Of a stretch of DNA of 42,518 bases, positions 9,323 through 20,129 are shown one piece after another. The notes below the pieces were generated by a model. It saw only the letters and a list, made by a program, of their open reading frames with translations. It was not told the DNA's origin and ran no database searches. Both the position numbers and the translations under genes were made by a program. Source of the stretch: a virus (lineage: Duplodnaviria > Caudoviricetes); IMG/VR virus record IMGVR_UViG_3300022178_000008, positions 1 to 42,518 of that record; one strand, given 5' to 3'. Positions within the stretch are counted from its first letter, which is position 1; each line of letters begins with the position of its first letter.

Positions 9323-11341
9323 ATGGCACGAGTACAAGTTAGTGGGACGAGTCCCCAAGTTGCACTTCAACCTCAAGCCGCACCTGTAGGAACCTTTAAA
9401 CAGGCAGAGGCACCTCAGGCTTCCCCAGCGGAGATGAGAGCGAAGATGTTGGAGGGTGTATTTGCGAATACTGTAACCCCCGCACTCAAGCAGATGACCA
9501 ACAAACAACAGCGGGAAGATCTTGAGTTTGCAAAGGATGAACTCGCTATTGCGGCTTCAGCCGACTACATTGAGTTCAAGAACTCTATAGAGCCTGAGTT
9601 GTATGGCTTAAACCCTGACGAAACGACAGCACATATTCAAAAGAAGTTTGGTGAGCGCTATGAAGGAATGGATAATCCCTTCCTCGCAAGTGCGCTGAAT
9701 AACTTAAATATGAATTTTGTAACCTCTGCCTCGAATACTGCACGTGTGGCAGGTATCAAAGCAGGGCAAGAGAAGTTTGCCGCCGCTATTTCCACAAACG
9801 CAAATGATCTTTTAGCTAAAATGCAAAAGGGTGAGTTAACTCAAGAGCAGTTTAATAGTGAGTTGGATGTTATATTTAACGCCTCTCGCCGTGGGAAGGG
9901 TGATCCATCAGTCCACAAGTTGGACGGTAGCGAGGTTAATAAAGTATTTGCGATGGTTGGTGCCGATAGCAAGAGCGACTATATGCTGGAGTACTTTAAA
10001 ACCAAGGGCTTGGATAAAACCAATACCCCTGACTATGAAGTACCTCTTAACCAGATGCGCAAGAACAGTTCTGATCGGTTATCTTATGGGGCTACCTTTA
10101 AGATGAAAGTCCAAGCTAATGAGCTTGCACGATTAGGGCACGTAAAAGAACTTCAATCCAAGATCACCAACGAGTGGATGCCTGTCCTTGCAAAATTAGG
10201 TATTAAGCCTGACTTTCTTGCAGAAAAGATCACCGCGGCTCAAGCAAAAGCCACTTCTATTAATGACACAAACCTCAAGAATCAGGCGATAAATAAGGCT
10301 GTGATTGATGCCCAAGGAAGCAATGGTGTTATTAGTCTTGTTGCTTACAAAGACAGTAAGGGTGATCAAGTTGTAAACGAAACTGAAGTAAGACGGCGGT
10401 TGTTGGAAACTTCTAGAAGTAATCCTTCTGTCTACGAGGATGTACTGACCCACTACAAAGACCCTTTCATCCAGCGCCCTATTTTAGCTGGTGCCGCCGC
10501 TCTAGATGATATTATGGATCCAGAGAAAAGTTCGGCGGCTGTGCAGTCAGTAACCGCTGGGCTAGAGGCTTACCGTAAGCTGAAAGCTATGGGCAATCAA
10601 GAAATCCTAACTACGCAAATGAGCGCCTCACATATTGATATGTATGAGGCTATGGACATGGCGGCGGCGGATGGTGTGTCAGCGAAAGATATAGCAAGTA
10701 ATCTCTCTGCTTTGAAACAAGGTAGAGGTAAGAAAGCAACGGCTGAGCAATTGGAATCGATGACAGATTCAATAGTTGGTGAGTTTGACCCTGATGGCGT
10801 CTTCTGGTGGGAAGATCCAATCATTAATAGGGATTACATCTCGCAACGGCTTGGTCAGTTATACAATTTGCACCGCGCTACCGCCACAAGTGATGAAGAG
10901 GCACAGACAAGAGCTTTAGAAGTGTTTGAGCGCTCACACACCCTGTCACAGCAAAATGATGTTGCAGTCCTGTTAAACATGAACACCTTGTCGGGGTTAA
11001 ATGACTTATCAGGTAACACAACGTCACAGATTCCCTCAGCTTCTTCACAGATCGACCGCATCAATGATGCCGCCGAGATGGTTCTTTATAGAATTAGAGA
11101 AGAGTACCCTGATGTGGCGCAAGACAGTCAGATATTCATAACACAGAGCATCTCAGATCCTAAAAAGTTTGAGATTAGGACAACTAATGGTGGAGTTGTC
11201 TTCAGCACAGGCACCTACACCGCAAAGCAAATAGGCACACTCTCGCGAGAATGGGCTAATCACAAACGTACTAAACCTCGTTCTAGAATGGAAGAGCGTG
11301 AAATGCTCCGCCAACAGGATTTAGAGGATGTAGCACCTTAA
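9323..11341 (+). CDS. Internal virion protein C, gp15-like
   Basis: 672-aa helical protein at the gp15 position; assigned by synteny only. Confidence 0.65.
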   Translation: MARVQVSGTSPQVALQPQAAPVGTFKQAEAPQASPAEMRAKMLEGVFANTVTPALKQMTNKQQREDLEFAKDELAIAASADYIEFKNSIEPELYGLNPDETTAHIQKKFGERYEGMDNPFLASALNNLNMNFVTSASNTARVAGIKAGQEKFAAAISTNANDLLAKMQKGELTQEQFNSELDVIFNASRRGKGDPSVHKLDGSEVNKVFAMVGADSKSDYMLEYFKTKGLDKTNTPDYEVPLNQMRKNSSDRLSYGATFKMKVQANELARLGHVKELQSKITNEWMPVLAKLGIKPDFLAEKITAAQAKATSINDTNLKNQAINKAVIDAQGSNGVISLVAYKDSKGDQVVNETEVRRRLLETSRSNPSVYEDVLTHYKDPFIQRPILAGAAALDDIMDPEKSSAAVQSVTAGLEAYRKLKAMGNQEILTTQMSASHIDMYEAMDMAAADGVSAKDIASNLSALKQGRGKKATAEQLESMTDSIVGEFDPDGVFWWEDPIINRDYISQRLGQLYNLHRATATSDEEAQTRALEVFERSHTLSQQNDVAVLLNMNTLSGLNDLSGNTTSQIPSASSQIDRINDAAEMVLYRIREEYPDVAQDSQIFITQSISDPKKFEIRTTNGGVVFSTGTYTAKQIGTLSREWANHKRTKPRSRMEEREMLRQQDLEDVAP

Positions 11342-11350
11342 GGAAATTAT

Positions 11351-14300
11351 ATGGAACCAGACGTATCACCTCAGGATCCCTCAACTGCGGTTGGGATTAC
11401 CCCTGAGATCACTACGCTCTCTTCAGACAACCTTCAGTTGGCTGATGGGGCTGATAATCTTAGTAAAACTGAAATAGAAGCCCAAGAAGCATCTGCCCCT
11501 ACATGGGGACAGACGTTTTCTATTGCTACTGATGAGTGGCTACATAATCTTGTACCGCTAATGAATGTGCAAGGGCAAGGTACGCCATTACAAGAGATTA
11601 CTGAAGAAATGGAAGTCAAGGCGGGTATTAATACAATGCCTCCTGAATTCCGTAACTATGTAATTGAGAAATCCAATACTGATACGGAATTTGAGTATTA
11701 CAGTCAGATCGCCCGTCAGCGTATGACTAATTTGGAGAAGATGCAAAACGCCTCAGTCCCCAAAATTATCGCAGGGGCGCTGGTTTCCGCTTTTGATCCC
11801 GCAGAGCTTGCAATAACAACCATAGCCACCTTAGGCATGGGTACGGCAGTTAAGGCTGGCTTTGGTGTTATGCAGGGGGCAGTCGCCGCCAAGAACGCTC
11901 TGAAATTAAAACAGTCTGTACAGGCGATTAGCGCCTTAAGTAAGACCGCCGCATTATCTAAAGGTGGCGCGTTTGCTAGAGGTGCCGCCGCTAACATGGC
12001 ATTAACTGCGCCTTTTGAACTAACGCGCCAAGCCTTCCTGCCCGATTATGGCGCAGGAGACTTTGCGATGGTAATGGGCTTTGCAGGTGGTTTGGGTGGT
12101 ATCGGTGGACGAATGGTTCGAGGACATGACACCACAAAACTCGCGGCTATTCTGTACAAACGTGAGCAATTAGGGGAACCTTTAACACACGCTGAGAAGC
12201 AATTCTTTGCTCCCATTATCGGAACTGAGACCTTAGCTGAGCGTAGTCGTGCATTAGAAAACCTCTTTGGTGATACTAAAATTAAGACACCCACGGCGGC
12301 TAAGGCATCAGCAGAAACATTGGATGCTACAGGCTCTAAGCCAGCACCAGTCGGTTTAGGTATTAATGATGTATTTACAACCGCTTCCGATGACGCGCTG
12401 TCTGCAATGACTGAAGGGTTAAGCGGGACAGGTGCCAAACTTGTTAGAGAGGCGCTGGAAAAGGGAATGACTTACCGCGCTATCCAAGTGCAGATGTCAC
12501 GTCTTCAAGCGGCGCGTCAAAAAGCCCGTTACACTTTAGACAACGGTAGTGACGATGAGATCATTAGTAAATTTGGTAAAGGTGTTAAGCCTGACGATTT
12601 TGAAGACTACTATGGGTACTTAGGTGAGGTAAGAAAGAAGGCTGATAATTCTATACACGTTATGTTGCGTAAAGAAGAGGCATATGATGCTATTCTTAAC
12701 CAACGCTTAGAACGTATGCGAGATGTTGATATACCTGCTGGTGTTCAAGGGATCGATACGGGAGACATAGCACGGTATGAGAATGCCCCCTTCTTATTAG
12801 GTGTGAAAGCATTTATGCCCGCCTCGGTTCGCAGGAACCTATCATCCTTAGCTAGAGGCGCTGAAAGTAAGATTGGTGCGATGCGCCAGATCTTCTTTGC
12901 CTTGGGGACTAACCATGTTGGCTTATCCAACCGACAGGCTACCAACTTTAGTGCGGAAGAAATCCGTAATTGGGTGCAAGCAAAGAAGGATGGTCAATGG
13001 TTACCTAAGCACCAGCTAAATCAGAAAGAGTGGATTAAGAAGAACGGTAAGAGCCAAGGTCGTATGGTCAAAAGCCCAATGCAGTTTATGCGCGATCAAA
13101 TGGAGTTTAACGCCTTAGTCGCACGACACCGCCGCTATGGAGATGTCTCAGATCCTTTGGTTGTTGCCTCAGCAAATGATGCTAAGCGGGTTCTTGATGA
13201 AGTAGCGCAGATGGCTCTCGATGCCAAAGTGCGTGGCTTTAGTTCGGAACTGCTAGAAAAGAATTATTTGCCACGTATCTACAACGATGTGTCGATGGAT
13301 GCTGTGCTACAGAAGCTAGGCAAAGAGGGTTTTAAAGAGCGTTTTATTAATGCTGTCGCTAAAGGTAATCCTGAGATGGATATTGAAGTAGCCCAGCGCA
13401 TTGGTCGCGGTTACGCAGAGGCGTTACTGAAGCGGATGCAACAGCGCTCATTAGGCGGTCAAATGCGAAATGTATCACAGGTTGCACAAGACAGCGTAGA
13501 TGATGTCCTCGAGATTATCCGCGCCGAAAAGACTCTTTCTGAAGAAGAGTTTGCGGCGATTGAACGGGAAATTGGGCGTGTCTATAAATTTAGCTCTGTC
13601 GGTAAAGAGGGCATCTCACGAGTACGCAAGCGTATGCAGTTAGATGAACGATACATCGATGATATGACTGAAAATGATATCGAGCAGTTGATGCAAGCGT
13701 ACACCTTTCAAATGGGTGGGCAAATTGGATTGGCGCGTAATGGTATTGATGTAGAGGGTGGTAAGAGCTTTGAGGAGATGCTTTCAGATATTACAAAGTA
13801 CAATCAAGATAATCGTGTAGAGCTTGATGAAGATACCTTTGTAGATCAGATAGCCGCCGCACGGTTTTTGTATGATTCAGTAACTGGTAACTTGGCAAAA
13901 GATGACAACTTATTTGGTACTGGCGAGAAAACAATGCGGAGGATCCGCGACTATAACTTTATTCGAGTTATGGGTGCCACAGGCTTACCTTCTTTAGTTG
14001 AGATAGGGAGCTTGATTGATCACTCTGTTGGGACGATCTTTCGGACAATACCTGAGCTACGCAGTATGTGGCGCAAGACCGCAGAGGGGCAGTTAGATGA
14101 CCCATTAGTGCGTGAGTTACAACATTCGTTTGGTACAGGTACCGATGTAATCACAGGGCATAGTAGAAATCATTGGGATGACCATGACCATACCATGCTA
14201 CAAAGTGATTTTGATCGGCACGATATGTTCTTACAGAAGGGTCGCCAAGCAACAGCTATGGCTAGTGGGATGCTCCCCGTGACTGCAATCTTACGTCGCC

Positions 14301-15121
14301 TTGATGGGTATATGTTTGCACAAGACTTCTTTGGTGCCGCTATGAAAAAGGGTGCTGATAAAAGCCGTGTGTATTCTGACATTAAGTTAGAGCAGATTGG
14401 TATCAGCCCCAAAGACTACGATGGCATTATGGAGATGATCCGTAAACACGCCGCTTACGATAAAAGCGGAAAGCTGATTACGCTTAACCTAGATAAGTGG
14501 AAAGCCGATAACCCGAAATTGCATGATGTATTCTCTTTGGCAGGACGCAGACACGTTCTCAATGCTGTGCAAGAGACTTCATCCAGTTCTGTTAATAGGT
14601 TTCTCCGCACCTCTGTTGGGCGAACTCTCTTTCAGTTTATGAGCTACCCTATTGCCGCATCTGAACAACAAGCGCAACGCTTAGGTGTTCGAGCGTTACA
14701 TGGTGATGCTGGGGGGTCTGCAAGGATCATCCTGTCTCAAGCACTCATTGCGTCAATGGTTTACTACGTCGGTATTCATAATCGTGCGGCAGGTATGTCT
14801 GAAAAGAAACGCAAGCAGTATCTTAAAGACAACTTAGACATGAGTTCGGTGATTGCGAAAGGAACCTTAGGGTACCTTGGTTTCTCTGGTGCCTATGGCG
14901 CTTTTGCTAACCAGCTTACCTCAGGTAATATGATGCAGTCACCTACCACAGATCTTTTAGGGGGTGCCTCTAAATTGTTTAACGCAGGTGCTGATGGTCT
15001 CTTTAATGGTAAACCACCATCTGAGGGGACTATCCGACAGTTAACAAGGCTGGCACCTCTTCAGAACTGGTATGGTACTAACTACATATTAAATAAAATG
15101 TCTGCACAACTCGGTAACTAA
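11351..15121 (+). CDS. Internal virion protein D, gp16-like
   Basis: 1256 aa; NYLPRIY and GRTLFQFMSY motifs; directly before the tail fibre. Confidence 0.75.
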   Translation: MEPDVSPQDPSTAVGITPEITTLSSDNLQLADGADNLSKTEIEAQEASAPTWGQTFSIATDEWLHNLVPLMNVQGQGTPLQEITEEMEVKAGINTMPPEFRNYVIEKSNTDTEFEYYSQIARQRMTNLEKMQNASVPKIIAGALVSAFDPAELAITTIATLGMGTAVKAGFGVMQGAVAAKNALKLKQSVQAISALSKTAALSKGGAFARGAAANMALTAPFELTRQAFLPDYGAGDFAMVMGFAGGLGGIGGRMVRGHDTTKLAAILYKREQLGEPLTHAEKQFFAPIIGTETLAERSRALENLFGDTKIKTPTAAKASAETLDATGSKPAPVGLGINDVFTTASDDALSAMTEGLSGTGAKLVREALEKGMTYRAIQVQMSRLQAARQKARYTLDNGSDDEIISKFGKGVKPDDFEDYYGYLGEVRKKADNSIHVMLRKEEAYDAILNQRLERMRDVDIPAGVQGIDTGDIARYENAPFLLGVKAFMPASVRRNLSSLARGAESKIGAMRQIFFALGTNHVGLSNRQATNFSAEEIRNWVQAKKDGQWLPKHQLNQKEWIKKNGKSQGRMVKSPMQFMRDQMEFNALVARHRRYGDVSDPLVVASANDAKRVLDEVAQMALDAKVRGFSSELLEKNYLPRIYNDVSMDAVLQKLGKEGFKERFINAVAKGNPEMDIEVAQRIGRGYAEALLKRMQQRSLGGQMRNVSQVAQDSVDDVLEIIRAEKTLSEEEFAAIEREIGRVYKFSSVGKEGISRVRKRMQLDERYIDDMTENDIEQLMQAYTFQMGGQIGLARNGIDVEGGKSFEEMLSDITKYNQDNRVELDEDTFVDQIAAARFLYDSVTGNLAKDDNLFGTGEKTMRRIRDYNFIRVMGATGLPSLVEIGSLIDHSVGTIFRTIPELRSMWRKTAEGQLDDPLVRELQHSFGTGTDVITGHSRNHWDDHDHTMLQSDFDRHDMFLQKGRQATAMASGMLPVTAILRRLDGYMFAQDFFGAAMKKGADKSRVYSDIKLEQIGISPKDYDGIMEMIRKHAAYDKSGKLITLNLDKWKADNPKLHDVFSLAGRRHVLNAVQETSSSSVNRFLRTSVGRTLFQFMSYPIAASEQQAQRLGVRALHGDAGGSARIILSQALIASMVYYVGIHNRAAGMSEKKRKQYLKDNLDMSSVIAKGTLGYLGFSGAYGAFANQLTSGNMMQSPTTDLLGGASKLFNAGADGLFNGKPPSEGTIRQLTRLAPLQNWYGTNYILNKMSAQLGN

Positions 15122-15124
15122 CAT

Positions 15125-15150
15125 GGGGGCTTTATGCCCCCTTTTTCTTT
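15125..15150 (+). terminator. Intrinsic terminator-like hairpin
   Basis: GGGGGC-tttat-GCCCCC followed by TTTTTCTTT. Confidence 0.7.
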
Positions 15151-15159
15151 GGGGCAAAA

Positions 15160-16053
15160 ATGGCTTATTCATATCAGGAATTTATCGGGGATGGGGTTTC
15201 TAATAACTACAACATCCCCTTCACATACGTTAAAACTTCAGAGGTTAACGTTTATATTAATGGGGCGCTGGCTACCGACTTTGAGTTCAGTAGCGCTTCA
15301 ACACTAACATTGGGTGTTGTACCTGCGAACGGGGTGATTGTTCGTATTGCACGTACTACAGACCTAGAAACACGTGCTGTAGACTTTGTAGCTGGTGCGG
15401 TGCTTTCTGAGGAAGACTTAGACACAGCATTAACGCAGGTGTTCAACGGCGCTCAAGAAGCTGTAGATAAAACATCAGAAACAATCGCCAAATCAACTGA
15501 TGGTTCTTTTGATGCACAGTCACGTATTGTGCGAAACGTCAATGACCCAGTACTTGGTCAGGACGCGGCAAATCGTCAATGGGTTATTGCTCAAACAGCA
15601 ACTGCACTTACCGCCGCCTCTAATTCTGCACTTGTATCAGCAGGTAGCGCAACAACCGCTTCTAATGAAGCCACCCGCGCCTACAATGAAGCACAACGCG
15701 CCCTTGGGTTTGCTGACGCGGTAAGTACACAGGCAGGTAACGCCACAACAAGCGCCACAGCCGCACAAGGTGCTTATCAAGATGTGGTAAACGCTTTAGA
15801 TGCCGCGAATATCCCAAGTCAGGTTGCAGGTCGCGCCGGCGAGTTCCTACAAGTGAACGAAAATGCTGATGGCTACGAGCTAGTCGCATCGGTGGCGGCA
15901 CCTTCGTTTTTTGGGTTACGCACAGTGGGTTCAGAAATTGAACTGACATATGGGCGTGATGCCGATTTTAATGTGGCAGATTTTGATACGTGGACAATGG
16001 CAGAAAACATTACGCTTGCTGTTCAAAACAATAACTTGGTGATTCAGTTATGA
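15160..16053 (+). CDS. Short tail fibre/adaptor with T7 gp17-type N-terminal domain
   Basis: GDG....Y.IPF.Y, RIARTT, VDFVAGAVLSEEDLD...Q; only 297 aa. Confidence 0.88.
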   Translation: MAYSYQEFIGDGVSNNYNIPFTYVKTSEVNVYINGALATDFEFSSASTLTLGVVPANGVIVRIARTTDLETRAVDFVAGAVLSEEDLDTALTQVFNGAQEAVDKTSETIAKSTDGSFDAQSRIVRNVNDPVLGQDAANRQWVIAQTATALTAASNSALVSAGSATTASNEATRAYNEAQRALGFADAVSTQAGNATTSATAAQGAYQDVVNALDAANIPSQVAGRAGEFLQVNENADGYELVASVAAPSFFGLRTVGSEIELTYGRDADFNVADFDTWTMAENITLAVQNNNLVIQL

Positions 16054-17744
16054 AGATAGATACAACAAAACTTGGTTACCGCTGGAAGGGCACTTATGCC
16101 GCTGGTGCGGTATACGCAAAAGGAGACGTAGTTCGGAAAGAGGGTCAAGCACAGGTGTTTGATGGACTTTACTGGACACGTATGACAGCCGATCAACAGA
16201 ACGCTGTACAAGCAGGGGAACTTGCAACATTCGGTGAAGCCACCCTTTTAAAGGGCGCTATGGATCAACAGCTTTACGTCAACGCTACTGGTGATGACTT
16301 GGAGTTTCGCTATGGTCAGGGTCGCACAAGTTCCGCCTGTATCGATATCGCAGACGTAGATAATGGATGTGGTAACGGTAATAGTACTGGAGGTGAAGTA
16401 GCCGCCGCGTTGATGTCCGACGGTACAGTTTGTATGTGGGGCTATGGTATACATAAAAGCATGGGCGACGGTGTCGCCTTAAGCCGATCAAAACCTGTTC
16501 GTGCGGCATTCCCTCCTAGCACACCTCCGATTGTGAAGCTCGCACGAGGCTATTACAACACCTTCGCTATCGATGCGGATGGTAAGCTGTGGGCATGGGG
16601 ATACAACAACCTCGGTCAGCTTGGCACAGACACAGGTACGAGCAACGTAGGCGTTCCAACACTCGTAAGTGGTAAAGGTGATCTACCATTAGATGCTAAG
16701 GTAGTTCAGGTTAAGGGTGGCGCTGGTTACAATGCCATGAATGCAACACTAATTCGGACTGAAGACGGTCGTGTGTACCACGCAGGGTATCAAGAGTACG
16801 GTAGTGCAGGGACGCTAGATGCTACGAGTACTAACCACTCTGCGCCTAAACTCGTCCAACGCTCGGTCAACACAAAGATTGTTGATATGTTTGTTTGGGG
16901 GATTACGCATAGTGCCACTTGGCTCATTGATGAGAAGGGACAGTTGTGGGGTGCTGGTGAAACGAACACGTGTGGGCGTATTAACAACAATGGTAACAAT
17001 GCTGTGATGCATCAGTTATGGAATCCATCAACATATGATCCCGTTGTAAAGCTGTTGTTTGAAGAGTCTGATGACCATGCAGTAGCTGGTACCCAATACT
17101 ACCGCCAATTTATGATCATCACTCGTGGTGGTCGTGTCTGGTCGTGGGGGCAAGGTGCGGTTGCGGGTACAACCAACTTCATCTCTGATCCTGCTGGCGG
17201 CTTTGAGACATGGGTGCCTAAGCTGGACAGTCGTATTGACAACGCAGTCGATGGCTATGTTGGTGGAGGGAGATATGCCGTAGCAATGGTTCTCAAAGCT
17301 GATGGAACTGTTTGGGCTATTGGTACTAACCAAGACGGTCTGTTTGACCCGAATGCACAAAGCTACCAGTGGATCCCTGTCTACGCTGACTACCTGACCA
17401 ATGTGGTCAAGCTGTATCCCGGCAGTGGTCGCCACGGCAAGTCATGTGGTTACCTAACCGCTGACGGTAAGTGGTATATGTCTGGTATGAATAACTACGG
17501 TCAATCAGGTAATGGATCTACAACTGTTGGCTGGACAGCTCCCCAACTGGGTCATGCAAGGTTGCCAGCACCAATCATAAAAGTCACGTCCATCGGCACA
17601 ACAAACGATTCCGCAAACTTTCAGACCATCTACGCAATGTGTGGTGACGGTAACCTCTACTCATGGGGATACAACGGCAACGGTCAATTAGGTCGGGATG
17701 ATGACCAAGAATATTCTTGCGTCCCCTCACCAGTACTCTTTTAA
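16050..17744 (+). CDS. RCC1/BLIP-II-repeat beta-propeller protein 1 (putative receptor-binding protein)
   Basis: Repeats such as DGKLWAWGYNNLGQLG and DGNLYSWGYNGNGQLG; located in the tail module. Confidence 0.85.
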   Translation: MKIDTTKLGYRWKGTYAAGAVYAKGDVVRKEGQAQVFDGLYWTRMTADQQNAVQAGELATFGEATLLKGAMDQQLYVNATGDDLEFRYGQGRTSSACIDIADVDNGCGNGNSTGGEVAAALMSDGTVCMWGYGIHKSMGDGVALSRSKPVRAAFPPSTPPIVKLARGYYNTFAIDADGKLWAWGYNNLGQLGTDTGTSNVGVPTLVSGKGDLPLDAKVVQVKGGAGYNAMNATLIRTEDGRVYHAGYQEYGSAGTLDATSTNHSAPKLVQRSVNTKIVDMFVWGITHSATWLIDEKGQLWGAGETNTCGRINNNGNNAVMHQLWNPSTYDPVVKLLFEESDDHAVAGTQYYRQFMIITRGGRVWSWGQGAVAGTTNFISDPAGGFETWVPKLDSRIDNAVDGYVGGGRYAVAMVLKADGTVWAIGTNQDGLFDPNAQSYQWIPVYADYLTNVVKLYPGSGRHGKSCGYLTADGKWYMSGMNNYGQSGNGSTTVGWTAPQLGHARLPAPIIKVTSIGTTNDSANFQTIYAMCGDGNLYSWGYNGNGQLGRDDDQEYSCVPSPVLF

Positions 17745-17753
17745 GGAAAAAAT

Positions 17754-19415
17754 ATGCCAACCATTTCTCTGGGCAAAGTAGCCCTGACATGGCGTGGTGC
17801 CTACAATGCAATAACTGCTTACGCGAGTCAGGATGTTATTTCGTTTGGCGGCTCTACGTACATCGCAAAAACTAACACTACAGGTGTGGATCCCACAGAC
17901 CTTACCAAATGGGATTTAGTTGCCCAAGGTATTGAGAGTGTTTCATCAAACGTAGGGGAGTTAGTCTATTTCGATGGTACACAACTACAACCCCTACCTG
18001 TGGGTACCGCTGGTCAAATTTTAAAAGTGGGCACCTCAGGACTCCCTGAATGGGGCACACCAGAGCAACGCTCAGGCATGAGGGCTGTTGCCATTCAAGA
18101 CTACCGTATGCCTTATATGTACCGCAGAGGTATGGCAGTAATGTCAGACGGTTCCTTACGTATGTGGGGACGTGGTACTGGCTATATGCTTGGGCAAGGT
18201 ATTTACAATCCTGCGCGGTCATACCCTATACGGGTGGGCTTCCCGCCTGAAGCTGGTAAGGTTATCTATGCCTGTGGTCAGTATGACTACGCCGCAGTAG
18301 CCATTACTGATGACGGTAAATTTTGGGCTTGGGGTGAGAATGATCATGGTGAGGTAGGTAGAGGGGATGCCACTAATACTACTGTTCCTTATTGTTCTTC
18401 AGACAACGTCAGTAACTCATTGTTTGGTAAGACTGCAATTGATTATGCCCCAATGCCTTCCAACAATAATAGCCTTTCCCATTTGGTGTTGTGTTCAGAC
18501 GGAACAGTTCACGCCTGTGGTATCAACAGTTATGGACAACTGGGGCAAGGTGACACCACTCAACGTGCCAACTTTGTGCAAGTCCCTCTGCTGACAGGTA
18601 TCACCAAGATTGCTCGTGGTCGTGAGCTATACACAAATTGCTTTGCATTGAAAGATGATGGCACTGTGTACTCGTGGGGCTACGGCCCTAATGGTGGTCT
18701 TGGGCACGGTAGTGTCACGCAGATGAACATTCCGATGCAGATCATGTATTTTGTGCAGAACAACATTACGATTGTTGATATAGGCACAGGACACGATATG
18801 GGCTGGGCAATAGATGATGAAGCAAACCTCTACACATGGGGCTACAACGCCTACGGTCAGCTTGGTCATAGTGGCACGACACTCAACTCAACTCCGACGA
18901 TTGCCGCGACAAATGTCAAGTTCTGCTTCTCATCTAGCATTGATTACCAACGCACAAATATCATCAAGACAGATGGTTCAGTATGGGCGACAGGTAGTAA
19001 CAATTACGGCTGTCTTGGTGTTGCCGCTGACACAACCAACCGCTCAGGTTTCCAAGAGTGTCTGAAAGAGGGCACAACTGGCTTCACTAACGCCACTAAG
19101 GTGGTCTTAGGTGGCTCTGGCTCCTACAACTACACCATAGTCCTCGATGAAGATGGCGTGTGCTGGTCTGTTGGTTACTCAGTTAACGGTCAGCTTGGGC
19201 GGGGTATTATTACGTCAAACAACTACTGGTACTACCCTGTGCTGATCCACCGCCGTAAGGTTGTGGACATCGCTTGTGTGGGCACAGGTACTGAGGGCGG
19301 CACCATGTTCTTGTTGGATGACGGTCAAGTTGCTCAGTGTGGCTACGCCGGTGAGTCTCAGTTGCCTGAAGATGATGATGAGAACATTGCAGTACCAATG
19401 CCTGTGCTGTTCTAA
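17754..19415 (+). CDS. RCC1/BLIP-II-repeat beta-propeller protein 2 (putative receptor-binding protein)
   Basis: Repeats DGKFWAWGENDHGEVG, DGTVHACGINSYGQLG, NLYTWGYNAYGQLG; paralogous to the upstream gene. Confidence 0.85.
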   Translation: MPTISLGKVALTWRGAYNAITAYASQDVISFGGSTYIAKTNTTGVDPTDLTKWDLVAQGIESVSSNVGELVYFDGTQLQPLPVGTAGQILKVGTSGLPEWGTPEQRSGMRAVAIQDYRMPYMYRRGMAVMSDGSLRMWGRGTGYMLGQGIYNPARSYPIRVGFPPEAGKVIYACGQYDYAAVAITDDGKFWAWGENDHGEVGRGDATNTTVPYCSSDNVSNSLFGKTAIDYAPMPSNNNSLSHLVLCSDGTVHACGINSYGQLGQGDTTQRANFVQVPLLTGITKIARGRELYTNCFALKDDGTVYSWGYGPNGGLGHGSVTQMNIPMQIMYFVQNNITIVDIGTGHDMGWAIDDEANLYTWGYNAYGQLGHSGTTLNSTPTIAATNVKFCFSSSIDYQRTNIIKTDGSVWATGSNNYGCLGVAADTTNRSGFQECLKEGTTGFTNATKVVLGGSGSYNYTIVLDEDGVCWSVGYSVNGQLGRGIITSNNYWYYPVLIHRRKVVDIACVGTGTEGGTMFLLDDGQVAQCGYAGESQLPEDDDENIAVPMPVLF

Positions 19416-19424
19416 GAGGCTCAA

Positions 19425-19652
19425 ATGGAAGATGTGAGCCACAAAGAAATCTTAGACCGCCTTGTGGCTGTCGAGCAGAAAGTCGATGATGTTCACACCG
19501 AGACTAGAATTATGGTCAATGCTTTTAAAGCTGTTGACGGAGCGTTCACAGTCTTGGGGTGGATTGCTAAAGTGGCAAAGCCACTACTTTGGATCGGTGG
19601 TCTCGCTACAGCCTTAGGTGTGTTATACACAAACATTAAAATTGGGAAGTAA
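19425..19652 (+). CDS. Small membrane protein (possible holin or lysis accessory)
   Basis: N-terminal coiled coil followed by a C-terminal hydrophobic helix; GAGG RBS. Confidence 0.6.
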   Translation: MEDVSHKEILDRLVAVEQKVDDVHTETRIMVNAFKAVDGAFTVLGWIAKVAKPLLWIGGLATALGVLYTNIKIGK

Positions 19653-20119
19653 TGGAACTTGTTACCGCCATTGCTGTGGCTTCGGCGGCATTTAACTTTG
19701 TTAAAAAGGGTATAGAGACAGGTAAAGAGTTGGAGGGGATGTCCCATCAACTGGGAAAGTGGTTTGAGGCGACCTCAGCATTTAAGGTGCATGAGAAAGC
19801 CGCAACCAACCCTCCACTTTTTAAAAAACTACTCTTTAAAGGTTCTGTCGAACAAGAAGCCTTGCAAATTGTCATGCATCGCAAGCAGATCGAAAGACAA
19901 GAGCTTGAGTTGCGAGAGCTTATTATGCAACAATATGGTTTAGACACATACCGTGAAATGCTTCAAATGCGTAGGCAAATTGCAGTATCTCGCGACAATA
20001 TGCTGTTAAAACGCAAGCAAGCGTTTAAAGCATTCCGTCTAAACGCATTGTTGTTATTTCTTATTAGTAGCTTGTTAGGATTATTATCATTCCTAGTAAG
20101 TACTATTTTAAACAAATAA
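19652..20119 (+). CDS. Phage hypothetical protein with C-terminal transmembrane helix
   Basis: TAATG coupling to the previous gene; coiled-coil middle and hydrophobic C-terminus. Confidence 0.7.
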   Translation: MELVTAIAVASAAFNFVKKGIETGKELEGMSHQLGKWFEATSAFKVHEKAATNPPLFKKLLFKGSVEQEALQIVMHRKQIERQELELRELIMQQYGLDTYREMLQMRRQIAVSRDNMLLKRKQAFKAFRLNALLLFLISSLLGLLSFLVSTILNK

Positions 20120-20129
20120 AGGATACATT

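Noticed and set aside
12212-12222. CCCATTATCG promoter core inside the gp16-like gene
   Set aside because: Only the 10-bp core matches, in mid-gene and without upstream similarity; could be chance
16050-19415. Diversity-generating retroelement or invertible tail cassette
   Set aside because: No reverse transcriptase, no near-identical template/variable repeat pair, and no flanking inverted repeats seen
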